This document shows positions 1-12,900 of a stretch of 64,000 nt of DNA, in pieces. Origin of the DNA: Eledone cirrhosa (lineage: Eukaryota). Position 1 is the stretch's first letter. Every line of letters begins with the position of its first letter. The stretch is taken from the NCBI GenBank assembly GCA_964016885.1, contig OZ024742.1, forward strand, positions 246,202,001 through 246,266,000, read 5' to 3'. Below the pieces are notes generated by a model. That model searched no databases and was not told the DNA's origin. It was given only the letters and a program-made list of their open reading frames with translations. Position numbers and translations under genes: made by a program.

Positions 1-604
1 CATATGTGTTAAGTCCTTGTGGATAAACGAATACACTGCTGCAACAGTGCAATAATAATATAATCGAAATAAATGACAATAACCACACATAACGGAACAA
101 CAATCTTTTAAGAACCAACAATCCAACACGCTAATTCGAACTGTGAACTTGAACTCCAACTTTGACTATCAACACACGAACTGTGGAACTAGTACCAATG
201 ACTCTCAACACACGAACTGTGGAACTAGTACCAACTCTCCCACTTACTCAGGCCGCTACAATTTATATGTAGTGGTCCAGCCCATTCTTGCCTGGAGATG
301 GGGAGAGACGGGGGCGTCGTGCTCTTGCACAACAATATGTGTGTCTAACATATGTTTGTACATCCAAACGTATGTATGAGGAGTCTATATGAAAGCATAT
401 ACTACATATTTATATTCAATAAACGTATGGGGTTGCTACTGACATATTTGTGGCCTGTTCACAGAGGAAAATAAATTTTTAATAACGAAAACATTTTTTT
501 TATAGTGAGGCTCCTATATGTTTATTGTATATAAACATATAGTATATGCTTCCATATACATCTCTACTGTGCTTAACACTGTCTTATATATATTATATAT
601 ACGG

Positions 605-925
605 ACTGAGTTCAAATCCCGCCGAGGTTAACTTTGCCTTTCATCCTTACGGGGTCGATAAAATAAAGTACCAGTAATGTACTGGATAATTGCTGGCCTT
701 GTGCCATAAGTAGAAACAATTATATATACATAAATGGTGGTGGATTGGCAGTATCGCTAGAGGGTCGGACGCCATGCTTTGACGCATAGAGTTACGGCCC
801 TTTCCATTCTGAGTTCAAATCTCGCCAAGGGTAACTTTGTCTTTCATCCTTACAGGGTCGATAAAATAAAGTACCAGTAATGTACTGGGTAATTGCTGGC
901 CTTGTGCCAAAAATAGAAACAATTA
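605..925 (+). mobile_element. Two tandem copies of tRNA-derived SINE family A
   Basis: B-box GAGTTCAAATCC plus core gcctttcatccttacggggtcgataaaataaagtaccag. Many similar copies occur elsewhere in the window. Confidence 0.88.
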
Positions 926-2129
926 TATACATAAATGAGGTTGACATTAGGAAGGGCATCTATTGCCAATTATATATACATGTATTTGTTACAAATAGTG
1001 GAAGGTTATTCTGAAGTAAACAGTTACTATAAATAACAAATATATTGAATCTATGTGCAATATTCAAGTCTTTCATCCAGTGCATACTTAGAGAGTTTAT
1101 TACACAAAACTATAAACCAAGCATGTGCATGACTATTAATAATAGAGGTGTATATAAAGGCATCATCCTCATCATCATCACTGTTTAACGTCTGTTTCTC
1201 CATGCTAGCATGGGTTAGAGTTAGATGAGTTGTCCTGTTGTGAGACAAGTCAGGTCAGGTGTCCATGTCTTGCTCATACAGAACTGTTTCTGGCTTAGTT
1301 TCTATGGCTGGATTCCTTGCCTAATTCCAACAACACTTACAGTTTGGACTGGGTGCTTTTTTATCATGGCACCAAAATGAGCAACTGACAGGTTGGACTG
1401 GGTGCTTTTTGTTGTCACCAAAATGACCACTTTACAGGGTGGATTGGGTGTACTTTGTTGCGTAATTGCTTACAATATAATTATGTTTCATAAGCATAAG
1501 TCTTGTTATGAATGATGTCACAGCTATCTCAGCCGTCAGGATTTTTTAATCCATCATCAGTGACAATTACTCACTCAGTACTGAGACAAGAATAAGCTAT
1601 AGCTTATATACGTTTGAGTATGAAACATCTGCTGGAGAAGTTCATTTTCATATAGTGCATGCTTGATTTGGCTGGGATTAATTAGTGATAGCACTAACAA
1701 AGAGTGATTCATAATAGAGGTTTATATGATGGCATATGCAACATGTTTATATACAATAAAAATATGTAAATCTCACCATGAAGTTTTTAAACAGTGATCT
1801 TACTAGTGTTTGGCATTCTCACACAGTTACTGGGTTAGTTGACCTGTCAGAAAGAGCAGCTAAATTTCCCTCAAATCATACCCTACCATTTAAGTCAAAA
1901 GGGAAGAACACATTGGATAGTCTAGTTATATATATGCTATGTCTGAAGAATAGATGCAACCGTTATGGCTGGAATACTTTATATTTTACTTGCTTAGAAC
2001 TGATCTGAGCTAAGCAACAACAACAACAATTAGTTCAATAATGGTGTCATATATTTCATATGGGACACATATTTAGCAACAACTGTTGGTGCTGGGATAT
2101 GAACTCCTGTTCCTACAGTCAGGAATGAT

Positions 2130-2402
2130 ATCTTAAATCTGTCTTAAGCCATTTAAGGCTCATTAGATCAGTGCTTATCTCGGTTTCATGGCGTGAAAAG
2201 ACTGAGTGTACAAAACTTCCCCCTGGACAGGACGCCAGTCCACCACAGGGTTAAACCTACAGCTGTTGCTGGTACTTATTTTCAGCTGAGTATACTGGAA
2301 GTGTTTTCCTCAAGAACACAACATGCAACTCAGCCCAGGAATTGAACCCACGACATTATAATTGTAAGTTCAACACCCTTACCACAAGGCCACGTGCCTC
2401 CA
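2130..2402 (-). mobile_element. tRNA-derived SINE family B (further copies ~3435-3720, 43050-43335, 48545-48785)
   Basis: Reverse strand starts gtggccttgtggtaagg...gggttcaattcc (A/B boxes), then gtgttcttgaggaaaacact. Four similar copies seen. Confidence 0.8.
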
Positions 2403-2666
2403 CATAGTAATGATATACTTCATTAAATTCCTACATGTCAAACTATATACAACCAAACAGGCGTTTTCTACATGTCTATAAAACGATTTAAACCAAGCTG
2501 GTGTCTTCTACATGTCTATCAAATCATATAAAAAAAACAGGTGTTGTTGTTTTCTTTCACCTTCTCACTTACTTTACTGTACAAGTGCCAAGTATTTTAT
2601 GCTATACATAGGTGTTTCCAACATGATCAGAATATGAATTCAGGGCAAAAAGATTTAGAAACTCAC

Positions 2667-2742
2667 CTTTGGGGGAAAGGCACTGGAACCCATGCAATAT
2701 GGAGTCTCCTTTTCTCTCGTGGATCTTTCAAGATGTAATCCA
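2667..2742 (-). CDS. DNAH3: Axonemal dynein heavy chain 3-like, coding exon (last one visible; gene continues left of the window)
   Basis: Acceptor ctcttttctag|, donor |gtgagt. 76 nt, phase 1 to 2. Encodes (V)DYILKDPREKRRLHIAWVPVPFPQ(R), resembling vertebrate DNAH3 VDYILMDPMERKRLFIESIPRLFPQR as recalled from memory. Confidence 0.88.
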
Positions 2743-3888
2743 CTAGAAAAGAGACAATATAATGCAGTCTTGTATGAAACACATACATGCATTCAATGTT
2801 GCATCTTCCTTCTGACAACAAATCAGAGAGTTGTCTGTATGTTAAACAAACCTTTCCCTTTAACTATTTCTATGTAATCCAACACAAGGTCTCCTAAGAG
2901 ACAATGAAATTAATCAACCAGCTAGAAATAACAGCCAAATCTCTCCTAAAGTTTACCCTACTTTCATGGATCAGCTCAACTGGAGCTGCTCTGATACTAT
3001 ACAACAACAAATACAAAGAACCTGTAAGTGGCTCATTGGAAAAATAGAATAAAAAAGATATATAGTCTACTGACCAACTCTACCCATTTGGGTGCAGTGG
3101 TGTTGCTAGAGTGTGTACTGTCCAAGGCAGCTCCTGAGTTTGCACCACCCCATCCCCCACGTATACAAATATATACATCAAAAGTGTTGCTTAGGGCAGA
3201 CTGCCTCCATCACTCCCTCCCCCAGCTATGTTGCTGTTTGAGAGGTAGACATAATCTGTCACCCTGTTTAACCAAGGACTATCATCTGGTCCTTGGCTGC
3301 CTATAGTAATCCATTTTGTTGTAAGCATTTGAGCCAGGTCTCCAGTTTAATGATACCTTCCTCCGTCCCTCTCCAGTTTTGGAGGCTCTGAAAAGGGCCA
3401 TGGGTATTGTTCTACCAGCCTTTACTGTCTCTAAAGTCTAAAATCTGTCTCAAGCTCAGAGGCTCATTAGGTCAGTGACTTATCCTGGTTTCTGTGGCAT
3501 GAAGCGACTGAGAGTACAAGATTTCCCCTGGACAGGACACTAGTCCATCACAGGATTAAACCCCCAGTTATTGCCAGTACTCATTTTCAGCTGAGTATAC
3601 TGGAGCAATATAAAATGAAGTGTTTTGCTCAAGAGCACAACAGACAACCCAGTCCAGGAATTGAACCCACAACATTATGATCATAAGTTCAACACCCTTA
3701 CCACTAGCCCGCCACACACCTTCACTCTCCCTAACTAAACCTCAGAAAAAAACAAAGTCACTCCCACATATGAGATGGCACTGTTGCTGTACAGACAAAA
3801 ATCCTAGACCACATCCAGAAAAATGAGACACCTAACTGACAGAGAAAAAGAAAAGAAAATGGAGAACATGTAGATCTGATCTACTCAC

Positions 3889-4078
3889 CGATGGCCTTCC
3901 GTAAACTGAACATATAGTCATCGTTGACTTCAGTCAAAAGTTCAATCTTCAATTGGGACAGTTTCATTCTTGTGGTCAAACTTTTAGGAATTAACTGATC
4001 AATTTTCTCAAACCACTCTGCTGGTGCTTTTGCCAGCATGGTGGACTTGATACCATTTTGAATGTAATAATAATAACG
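3889..4078 (-). CDS. DNAH3: DNAH3-like coding exon
   Basis: Acceptor ttttttttccag|, donor |gtgagt. 190 nt, phase 0 to 1. Encodes RYYYYIQNGIKSTMLAKAPAEWFEKIDQLIPKSLTTRMKLSQLKIELLTEVNDDYMFSLRKAI. The RYYYY..NGI and DY..SL.K.IVD motifs are typical of the DNAH3/DNAH7 N-terminus. Confidence 0.92.
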
Positions 4079-4257
4079 CTGGAAAAAAAAATCACAGAAA
4101 ATGTTCAGAACAAGATGTAAATAGAAAGAAGTAGGAAGGAAACATAGAGACGAGGTGACAGAAAAGAGTAGCTACTGATTTAACCCTGTTGTGCCATGTT
4201 CCCGCTATAACAGTAATAGGCTAAACATATTCTCTATCAGATTCCCTTTAAAGCAAT

Positions 4258-4435
4258 AATTGTTTCTACATTTGGCACAAGGCCAGCAATTACCCAGTAC
4301 GTTACTGGTACTTTATTTTATCGACCCCGTAAGGATGAAAGGCAAAGTTAACCTCGGCAGGATTTGAACTCAGATCGTAAGGCGACGTAACTATGCTGGA
4401 AAGCATGTCCGACCCTCTACCGATACTGCCAATTC
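4258..4435 (-). mobile_element. SINE family A
   Basis: Reverse complement of the 737-925 copy. Confidence 0.85.
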
Positions 4436-5739
4436 ATTAAAGCAATAATGAACAGCACACACAGAAAAAGAAGAAAATATACTAAAAATGGAGAACCAAT
4501 CACGTTGCAGCTTTGTAGTTATATGAGTTTATGACTCATTTTTAATGGCATCCCCTTATAGCTGTTGTTTACTTTTGTTTTTAATAAAAAAACCCAAAAA
4601 AACCCAATGTTTTTGCAATGAAACAAGTGTGTGATGAGCCCAGCATTTTGTCTGATAAACGAGCCATGCCTTGACTCTTTACAGTTGAGGAAAGTATTGA
4701 TGATAGTTATTCTATGGACAAAGGTTAGCAAGAATTTCAACACGTTTACTCTTACACTGACAGCGAGAATGATTCGGACGAAGAAATTTGTGAAAGTGAT
4801 GTGGAACAAAGCGATTCAGGTGAACAAATTAGGTGTGGCCCTCGCACAGCTGGTACTGATAAAGGTGGTAGAGATTATGTAAATCTAGATGAAGGTTGGG
4901 TAGACACATTTACTGCACCTTGTGTTGATTCTATCCATTAGTTTACCTGCAATCATTACTCTTGAGCTGTGTATGTAACTATTTATTGATTTGCTGAGGA
5001 ACCCAGGTGGAGAGTAAAGTTAGACACAGGGGCTCATGTCTGAGAGGGTCAATCTTGTTCAGCTTCTGGCTACGGATCATTAGTTGTCTTGGACTACTAC
5101 ATTGCCACTGAATACACGCATGTTTCTGATTACAGCCTTCAAGGTCCAAATCTGTGTATGTCTACACGCGATAAACTCAACGTTAAAAGTTTACACTCAC
5201 TTTCCCATGCTAGCATGTTTTTTTTAGTTTTTTGTTTAGTAAGTAGTAAGGTACTTACTTATTCCATTAATCTTCACACATTGAACCAGTGAGGGATATA
5301 AACAAATGCTACCAGATGCCCAAGTCAATTCAAAGACACACGTGAAGACCAACATATTAAATCTATTAAATTTAACTCATAAGCCGTTAGTCAGTTTTCG
5401 TAGAAGACACTGGCCCAAAATGCCACACAGTGAGATCAACACTGAAAGCACATGGTTGTCAAGCAAACATCTTAACTACACAACCATGCTGTGTAGTTGG
5501 AGAGAGAGTATTACATGGAGAGAGTATTGCTAATTAAATACTTGCCAATTAGACAAAAACATTTATTAGGCAGTGGCTGAGTATATGATATTCAAAATAT
5601 ACAAGAGTGTGATATGAGTATCATTCCAAGCCGACCTTACCCAATTACACCTCTCAAAGGCCATGACACACGACCGTGACCTCTGGCGTCATGCAGTAAT
5701 ACAGAAGACCTGATCCCCAACAGGTACAAGCCGAAGCTG

Positions 5740-6036
5740 AAGCATATAGACAATATGCCCCCACACCCTCCCACTGCAAAGTAGTCGTGAAGGTGCCACG
5801 GCAAAAAAGCACCCAGCCCACACTGTAAAGTAGACGTGTAGGCGCCATGAAAAAAAGCACCCAGCACTCACTGTAAATGAAGTTGGTGTGAGGAAGGGCA
5901 TCCAGCTGTAGAAATCAAGCCAGAATCAGTTCCCGTATGAGCAAGACAAGGTCAGCCGACCGAACACTGCCCACAACAGGACAACCTGTCTAACCCATGC
6001 TAGCCTGGAATAACGGACATAAAACGGTGATGATGA
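5740..6036 (+). mobile_element. RTE-partner 3'-end repeat with (GAT)n tail (copies ~1160-1445 -, 12915-13160 +, 13390-13600 -, 42865-43030 -, 43355-43487 +)
   Basis: Shared aggaagggcatccagctgtagaaa...aacccatgctagc...aaacggtgatgatgat. Confidence 0.8.
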
Positions 6037-7862
6037 TATGCATCATTCCATTCTATATATGCAGCATTCTATTCTATATATGCATCATTCCATTCTATAT
6101 ATACATCATTCTATTCTATATATACATCATTCTATTCTATATATACATCATTCTATTCTATATATACATCATTCTATTCTATATATACATCATTCTATTC
6201 TATATATACATCATTCTATTCTATATATACATCATTCTATTCTATATATACATCATTCTATTCTATATATACATCATTCCATTCTATATATGCATCATTC
6301 CATTCTATGTGCAGCATTCCATTCTATATATGCATCATTCTATTCTATATATACATCATTCTATTCTATATATACATCATTCTATTCTATATATACATCA
6401 TTCTATTATATATATACATCATTCTATTCTATATATACATCATTCCATTCTATATATACGTCATTCTATTCTATATATACATCATTCTATTCTATATATA
6501 CATCATTCTATTCTATATATACATCATTCCATTCTATATATGCATCATTCCATTCTATGTGCAGCATTCCATTCTATATATGCATCATTCTATTCTATAT
6601 ATACATCATTCTATTCTATATATACATCATTCTATTCTATATATACATTATTCTATTCTATATATACATCATTCTATTATATATATACATCATTCTATTC
6701 TATATATACATCATTCCATTCTATATATACATCATTCCATTCTATATATACATCATTCTATTCTATATATACATCATTCTATTCTATATATACATCATTC
6801 TATTCTATATATACATCATTCTATTCTATATATACATCATTCTATTATATATATACATCATTCTATTATATATATATACATCATTCTATTATATATATAT
6901 ACATCATTCTATTATATATATACATCATTCTATTATATATATGCATCATTCCATTCTATGTGCAGCATTCCATTCTATATATGCAGCATTCCATTCTATA
7001 TATGCATCATTCTATTCTATATATACATCATTCTATTCTATATATACATCATTCTATTCTATATATACATCATTCTATTCTACATATACATCATTCTATT
7101 CTATATATACATCATTCTATTATATATATACATCATTCTATTATATATATACATCATTCTATTCTATATATACATCATTCCATTCTATATATGCATCATT
7201 CTATTCTATATATGCATCATTCTATTCTATATATACATCATTCCATTCTATATATGCATCATTCTATTCTATATATGCATCATTCTATTCTATATATACA
7301 TCATTCCATTCTATATATGCATCATTCTATTCTATATATACATCATTCTATTCTATATATACATCATTCTATTCTATATATGCATCATTCTATTCTATAT
7401 ATACATCATTCTATTATATATATAAATCATTCTATTCTATATATACATCATTCTATTCTATATATACATCATTCCATTCTATATATGCATCCTTCTATTC
7501 TATATATGCATCATTCTATTCTATATATACATCATTCTATTCTATATATACATCATTCTATTCTATATATACATCATTCTATTCTATATATACATCATTC
7601 TATTCTATATATACATCATTCCATTCTATATATGCATCATTCTATTCTATATATGCATCATTCTATTCTATATATGCATCATTCCATTCTATATATGCAT
7701 CATTCTATTCTTTATATACATCATTCCATTCTATATATGCATCATTCTATTCTATATATGTATCATTCCATTCTATATATGTACCATTCTATTCTATATA
7801 TGCATCATTCCATTCTATATATGCATCATTCTATTGTATGTGTATCATTCTATTCTATATGT
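6036..7862. repeat. 1.8 kb minisatellite, 21-bp monomer CATCATTCTATTCTATATATA (~85 copies), intronic
   Basis: Seen directly. It explains the three long low-complexity ORFs at 5997-7915. Confidence 0.97.
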
Positions 7863-8005
7863 GCAAGATGTACTTAAGTATAGAATGTGCTTACACCTTG
7901 TATCTATTTACCTAAACTTTTAAAACATGGAAATGCATGCTAAGCCCTGTCATATCCAAAATGGCAGAATCTTCTAGCTTTTTTCATATATCTGAACAGT
8001 CTCAC

Positions 8006-8117
8006 CTGTAAATCTTGTTCTGATGGTTCACCAAAACGAGAGCTCTCTTCCACTTCAATGTCATGCATAATCTTCAGTTGTTCATGAGGGTCCAAGACAG
8101 GTTCTTCAAATACAATG
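8006..8117 (-). CDS. DNAH3: DNAH3-like coding exon
   Basis: Acceptor ttgttaacattgtag|, donor cag|gtgaga. 112 nt, phase 2 to 0. Encodes IVFEEPVLDPHEQLKIMHDIEVEESSRFGEPSEQDLQ and joins in frame to RYYYY (cf. DNAH3 PEQQL...PSESDLERYYYY). Confidence 0.88.
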
Positions 8118-8216
8118 CTACAATGTTAACAAGAAAAAGGATAATAGAAAAAGAAAACTCAATTTAAAAGTTACAGAGTTCACACCCCATACTTTGTGTC
8201 CATAGACAAAACATTT

Positions 8217-8625
8217 CATCATCATCGTTTTATACCTGCGTTTTCATGCTTCCATCAGTTGGAGGGGTCCTTTTCAGCACAGCATCTCTCCACTTGTAAC
8301 AATCCTATATCATCTCTACTGTGAGATTCAGAGATTTGAGATCAGCTCGCACCACTTCCACCCAGATCTTCCTTGGTCTTCCTCTACTGTGGCTTTCTTC
8401 TACTGGGATTTCTTGGCACTTAACCCAGCAATCATCATCCATACCAGTGCAACCTTCTCTTCTGCACACAATATCTGATTCTGCTTATACTGAGTCTCCT
8501 TTCAATTTATCTATGCTTTGTTGCTCACATACATCAATATTACACATCCATCAAGGCATGTTCTTTTCATTTCTCTCCAGCCTTCACACATCCTCTGTAG
8601 TCATTTCTCATGTTCTACTACCAAT
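8217..8625 (-). mobile_element. RTE-clade LINE 3' end, decayed
   Basis: Reverse strand gives GRPRKIWVEVVRADL and ends in a (GAT)n tail (catcatcatc at ~8217). Confidence 0.7.
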
Positions 8626-8989
8626 TAATCAAACTCATCACATAGTTATAAATAGGTGTCATGAGGAAGTATAGCTTGTGTATATAATGAGAGGGAGCAA
8701 TATCTAACTGAAAAGTATGTTGTTAACTTAAATGTCTCTTGACCGAGGTACCACGCAGAATGATTTTGTCCCACATGAACACAAACACACATACACTCAC
8801 TCCCATACAATGAATTATAAGACCTACACACGAACATGCACACAAACTCAGTCTCTCATACAATGAATTATGAACACACATACACACACACATACATACT
8901 TATGAATTACGAGACATATAAACACAAGCACACGCATATACTCCCCCTCATACAATGAATTATGAGATACAAACTACGTATGCAGTAGA

Positions 8990-9350
8990 TGTACAGGGAA
9001 ATTTGACAGTGGGAATCGCAGTGATAGACACATTTTTCAAATGCAGGTAGGTTCTATAGAAGTAGTTGATAGCTTCCAGTACCTAGGTGATCAGATTAGC
9101 ATGGGAAGGGGGTGTTCCAAGGCCATAGTATCTAGAATAAGGATGGGTTGGAAAAAGTTTAGGGAGCTGCTTGCTCTGTTGACAAAGAAGGGTTTCTCCC
9201 TGCATACGAAAGGCTGGTTATATGATGTCTGTGTGATATGCGCGATGCTGCATGGTAGTGAGACATGGGCAGCAACTGCAGAGGATATGCGACGGTTGGA
9301 GAGATATGAAGCAAACATGCTCCGTTGGATGTGTAATGTCAATGTGCAAA
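8990..9350 (+). mobile_element. RTE-clade LINE reverse transcriptase C-terminal fragment
   Basis: ORF 9041..9382: VDSFQYLG...SRIRMGWKKFREL...MLHGSETW...MLRWMC. Confidence 0.88.
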
Positions 9351-9659
9351 AATATTTGGGATCGTTTAATTTGCTACGGTAAGATTCTTTTATCTTGCCA
9401 ATTTTAATAATCTTCATAACGCATTGTGTTGGTCTTCAAAATTTAAATTTGTGTTTCCTATTAAACAATGCTTCAAGCAAGTGACAAAACACTGATATAT
9501 ATATTGATGGTTTAGTGTTAAAGAATAATGATAAAAATATATTTTTAAAAATGAAGTCCCCAAGGGTGTGTGGCCCTAAGCTATAGCTTATTTAGTTTAT
9601 AGGTAAGTCCAGCACTGGCTATAAGCACCACCACAGTGTGGTATGGTTTACTGAATTCT

Positions 9660-10080
9660 ATCAATGACCAGCCGTAAGTCAAAGTCACTACAAATGCTAG
9701 GCTTCACCATCATTGAGAATCTCATTCCTGATTGATGCACATACTCAACAATATCAAAGACTTGCAGCAGAAAAAATGTTTTTTTTCTTCAAAACCAGAA
9801 AAAACTTCAGCTACTAGCAGCTACCAATCCTCTACAAAACTCAAGTGATACCCATAATGGAGTTCTGCTTCCACACCTGGAATGGTGGTGCTGCTGCACA
9901 TAGAGATATCCTAGACTGTATCTCCTAAATAGATCTTCAACTGATTGGTAAGAAATTACTCCCTAACAAAATCCAACCTCTGCCCCACAACATACTCTCT
10001 CCTCACCAACATACTCCAGCCTCTGTCCCACAACATACTCCAGCCTCTGGCCAACAACACACACTCTCCATGCTCTACAG
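9660..10080 (+). mobile_element. CR1/Jockey-like LINE ORF2 3' fragment
   Basis: LYKTQVIPIMEFCFHTWNG, which matches the LYK..VRP.LEY...W motif. Confidence 0.55.
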
Positions 10081-10274
10081 TAGATACCACAGTGTAATAT
10101 ATTTTACTGCATTGCATCCATAGCCAAGTCCACCTAGCTTGTTTTACTAGCTTGCAATACTAATTTCGATTGTTCCTGTCAGTGTAACCAGAATAAGAGG
10201 AGTTAGAAACCCACAGTTTTGATCTGTAGATTAATAGATCATCTAATGATTGATTATTATTATCTACGGTATGA

Positions 10275-10392
10275 TCTGAGTTCAAATCCCGCCGAGGTTA
10301 ACTTTGCCGTTCATCCTTCCGGGGTCGATAAAATAAAGTACCAGTAATGCACTGGGTAATTGCTGGCCTTGTGCCAAAATTAGAAACAATTA
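10275..10392 (+). mobile_element. SINE family A (5' truncated)
   Basis: Same B-box and core. Confidence 0.85.
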
Positions 10393-10572
10393 TTATCTAC
10401 ACAAGTTTAGTAACTGACTTAATAATTTGGAAATAAATCAAGCAACTAAAAGGCTGAGAGCTGAAAAGAAAAAAGGGGTGTATGGATGAGCAAAGATTTA
10501 GGAAAACTCTAGAGTAGAGAGGAAATGGGATTTAGGTTTTTAGGTACACAAAAAAAGCAAAAGGCTACTTAC

Positions 10573-10660
10573 ACTGGAACAACTTGTTTTTCTGCAGTAC
10601 CTCCTTTACCTGGTGCAAAGGCAATCTTTGGCTTTTTTGCAGGGGTACCTAATTTATCGA
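10573..10660 (-). CDS. DNAH3: DNAH3-like coding exon (linker region)
   Basis: Acceptor ttttactcttcag|, donor |gtaagt. 88 nt, phase 1 to 2, matching both neighbours. Encodes DKLGTPAKKPKIAFAPGKGGTAEKQVVP. Confidence 0.8.
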
Positions 10661-11532
10661 CTGAAGAGTAAAATCAAGAGTAGTAGACAAATCAGGAGAG
10701 AGAGGAGTAGGGTTTAATTTTAGACAGATAACATGAGTAACATGGAATAAGTGAAGTATATAAATCACATAGAAACACAAGAGTTTAATTTTTTTATATG
10801 TGTCTGTTATTGCATCTATCAACTTTGCCTTGAATCTTGGTCAATTGAATAAGAATTAGTCAAGTCTTGATTTCTGTCTGTACTTTACTGCATGTTGGGC
10901 CACCCATAGATTGTTCTAGTAAGCATATGACTTTTTTCTGAGAAGAGTTTGTTAACTTCTCACTTTATCTTTTTGATACCAACCTGCCCAAAATCACACC
11001 TGGTCAAATAGAATAAATGGGTTCCCAAGTAAATTAAAATCTTCCAACATAATTTAAGGATCATATGTTATGTAGCAAATATCATCTTAATAATGAAATA
11101 ATTGTAGCAAATCCCTCTGAATTCTTCTTTAATCATTTCAAACACAGTATGTTTAATTATAGATTTGGTCATGAAAGAGTTAATCCTTCTCCATTTCTGG
11201 AGAAGGATTAACTGTCCACTCATACTAATGTTAAGGTATTATAAATATCAAAATAAATATCAAAATCTCATAGACATGATATTACCACAAAAATACAACA
11301 GTATATATAGAGTAATGTAAATGCTAAGGGTTAAACCATAATTTCTAACAGAGGTACAAGGCTAGATATTATTTTTAGGAAGGGTCAGTAAATTATATCA
11401 ACCCCAGTAGTTGACTGGTACTTTATTCTATTAAACTCAGATGGAGAAAAAGCAAAGTTGACATCAACAAGATTTGAATTCAGAACATAAAGCATCTAAA
11501 TATCTGAAGGCATTTGTCAGATGCTTCTAAAA

Positions 11533-11878
11533 CAGAGGTTCTCAAAGTGGGCACTACCGCCACCTTGCATTGAGAAGGTCCAGGGGGCACTGGCGGTCTA
11601 AGGGAGAGGTGGGAGAGCAGTAGAGATGATATAATCATATATTAAATATCAAATGTTAAATATTATATATAAATATAGTAAAACACAAAATATATATATA
11701 TATTTATTTATACATAGTATATATTATATTATTTATTATATATAAATTAAGGATTTTATTTATTATATATTATTTACAATTTGTATGTAGGCAGGTCTCT
11801 CTAGAAATAGGGGGTGGGGTCGCTGAGGGTATTACGTGGCTGTGAGGGGTGGTGGCCCAAAAAGTTTGAGAACCTCTG
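11533..11878. mobile_element. hAT-type MITE
   Basis: TIRs CAGAGGTTCTCAAA / TTTGAGAACCTCTG and a perfect 8-bp TSD TTCTAAAA (11525-11532, 11879-11886). Confidence 0.9.
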
Positions 11879-12006
11879 TTCTAAAAGATTCTGTTAATCC
11901 ACAAAAACAATAAGAAGCAAGTTTAGTGGTAAACTATAATATTACACACTAACAGTGAGGATGAATACAGTTAGAAAACTAATATGTAATAATTGTTACA
12001 ACATAC

Positions 12007-12181
12007 GCTTTGGTTTTGACTTAATCAGCTTTGGCAATTTGAGTTGCTTGGCAGTTGGTGTGTAATTGTTAGCAATGGAATCACTAGGAGTCCGAGAGTA
12101 TTTCTGTTCCTTGAATGGTGAAGCCAGTGTCCAAGACACTTCATCCATGATGGGAGGATGCGTGCCATTCTTAACCACTAT
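12007..12181 (-). CDS. DNAH3: DNAH3-like coding exon
   Basis: Acceptor tgctttcag|, donor |gtatgt. 175 nt, phase 0 to 1. Encodes IVVKNGTHPPIMDEVSWTLASPFKEQKYSRTPSDSIANNYTPTAKQLKLPKLIKSKPK. SWTLAxPFKEQ...PSDSIANNY matches the DNAH3 N-terminus as recalled. It is the 3' part of ORF 11996..12445. Confidence 0.92.
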
Positions 12182-12269
12182 CTGAAAGCAGTAATGAAAA
12201 TAGCATTCAAATATTTCCATCAAGCAAACTGTAATAATAGAGCTGTGTATATTATACCAATGGTAGAGA

Positions 12270-12900
12270 AGAAGATGAGGTAAAAGTGAATATTGATGAA
12301 ATGCAGTTTGGATTTGTTCCTGGAAAAAGAACAACTGATGCAATGTTTCTTGTAAGGCAGTTACAGAAGAAGTACAGGGACAAGATGAAGAATTTGTTTT
12401 GGGAGGGGTTTGTTGATTTGAAGAAAGCTTTTGATAGGTTTCCATATGAAGTAGTGATATAGGTATTGAGAATTAGAAGCAGAAAAATGGTTTGTGAGAG
12501 TAGTGATGACATTGTATGAGAATATGTGTACAGTTGAAAAGATGAAGTTTGAAGTGAAGGTTGCAGAACATCAGGGATCACTTCTATTTGTAGTTGTGAT
12601 GGAGATACTGGCCAGGAGGAGAGTTTACCATGGGAGGTACTTTACACAGATGACATGGTGTTAATAGCAGAAAGTATGGGTGGACTGAAGGAGGAAGTGA
12701 ATTGCAAGGAATTGTATAAGGGTGAATATTGGAAGAACACAGGTGATGGCATGTAGTAAAGCATTTGGTGAGATGGAAAGAAGAGGATAGTGGCCATGTA
12801 CAGGAAATGTGTTGGAGTGAATTCTATTAAATGTATATTATGCACTGGGTAGGTACATCAATAATCTAGTGTTATGAAGGAATTATTAAATAATGTGACA
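12270..12900 (+). mobile_element. RTE-clade LINE RT core, decayed
   Basis: IDEMQFGFVPGKRTTDAMFLVRQLQ, FVDLKKAFD and LYTDDMVLIAES, with stops and frameshifts. Confidence 0.85.

Noticed and set aside
165-240. 36-bp direct duplication within ORF 143..379
   Set aside because: It is an ordinary local tandem duplication, and the ORF has no coding support.
605-925. tRNA genes suggested by A/B boxes
   Set aside because: There is no full cloverleaf; the boxes are the heads of multi-copy SINEs.
1-2660. Next DNAH3 exon (expected to begin with VIRAPVPW-like residues)
   Set aside because: Not found by eye; it probably lies beyond the left edge of the window.
4170-4930. piggyBac-like start (TTAACCC) and an acidic stretch
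   Set aside because: No matching second TIR/TSD or catalytic motifs could be identified.
5997-7915. Three long ORFs (626, 625 and 372 aa)
   Set aside because: They are translations of a stop-free 21-bp minisatellite, open in all three frames and antisense within a dynein intron.
12182-12445. N-terminal part of ORF 11996..12445 as protein
   Set aside because: It is intron plus the antisense strand of an RTE relic. Only 12007-12181 is exon.
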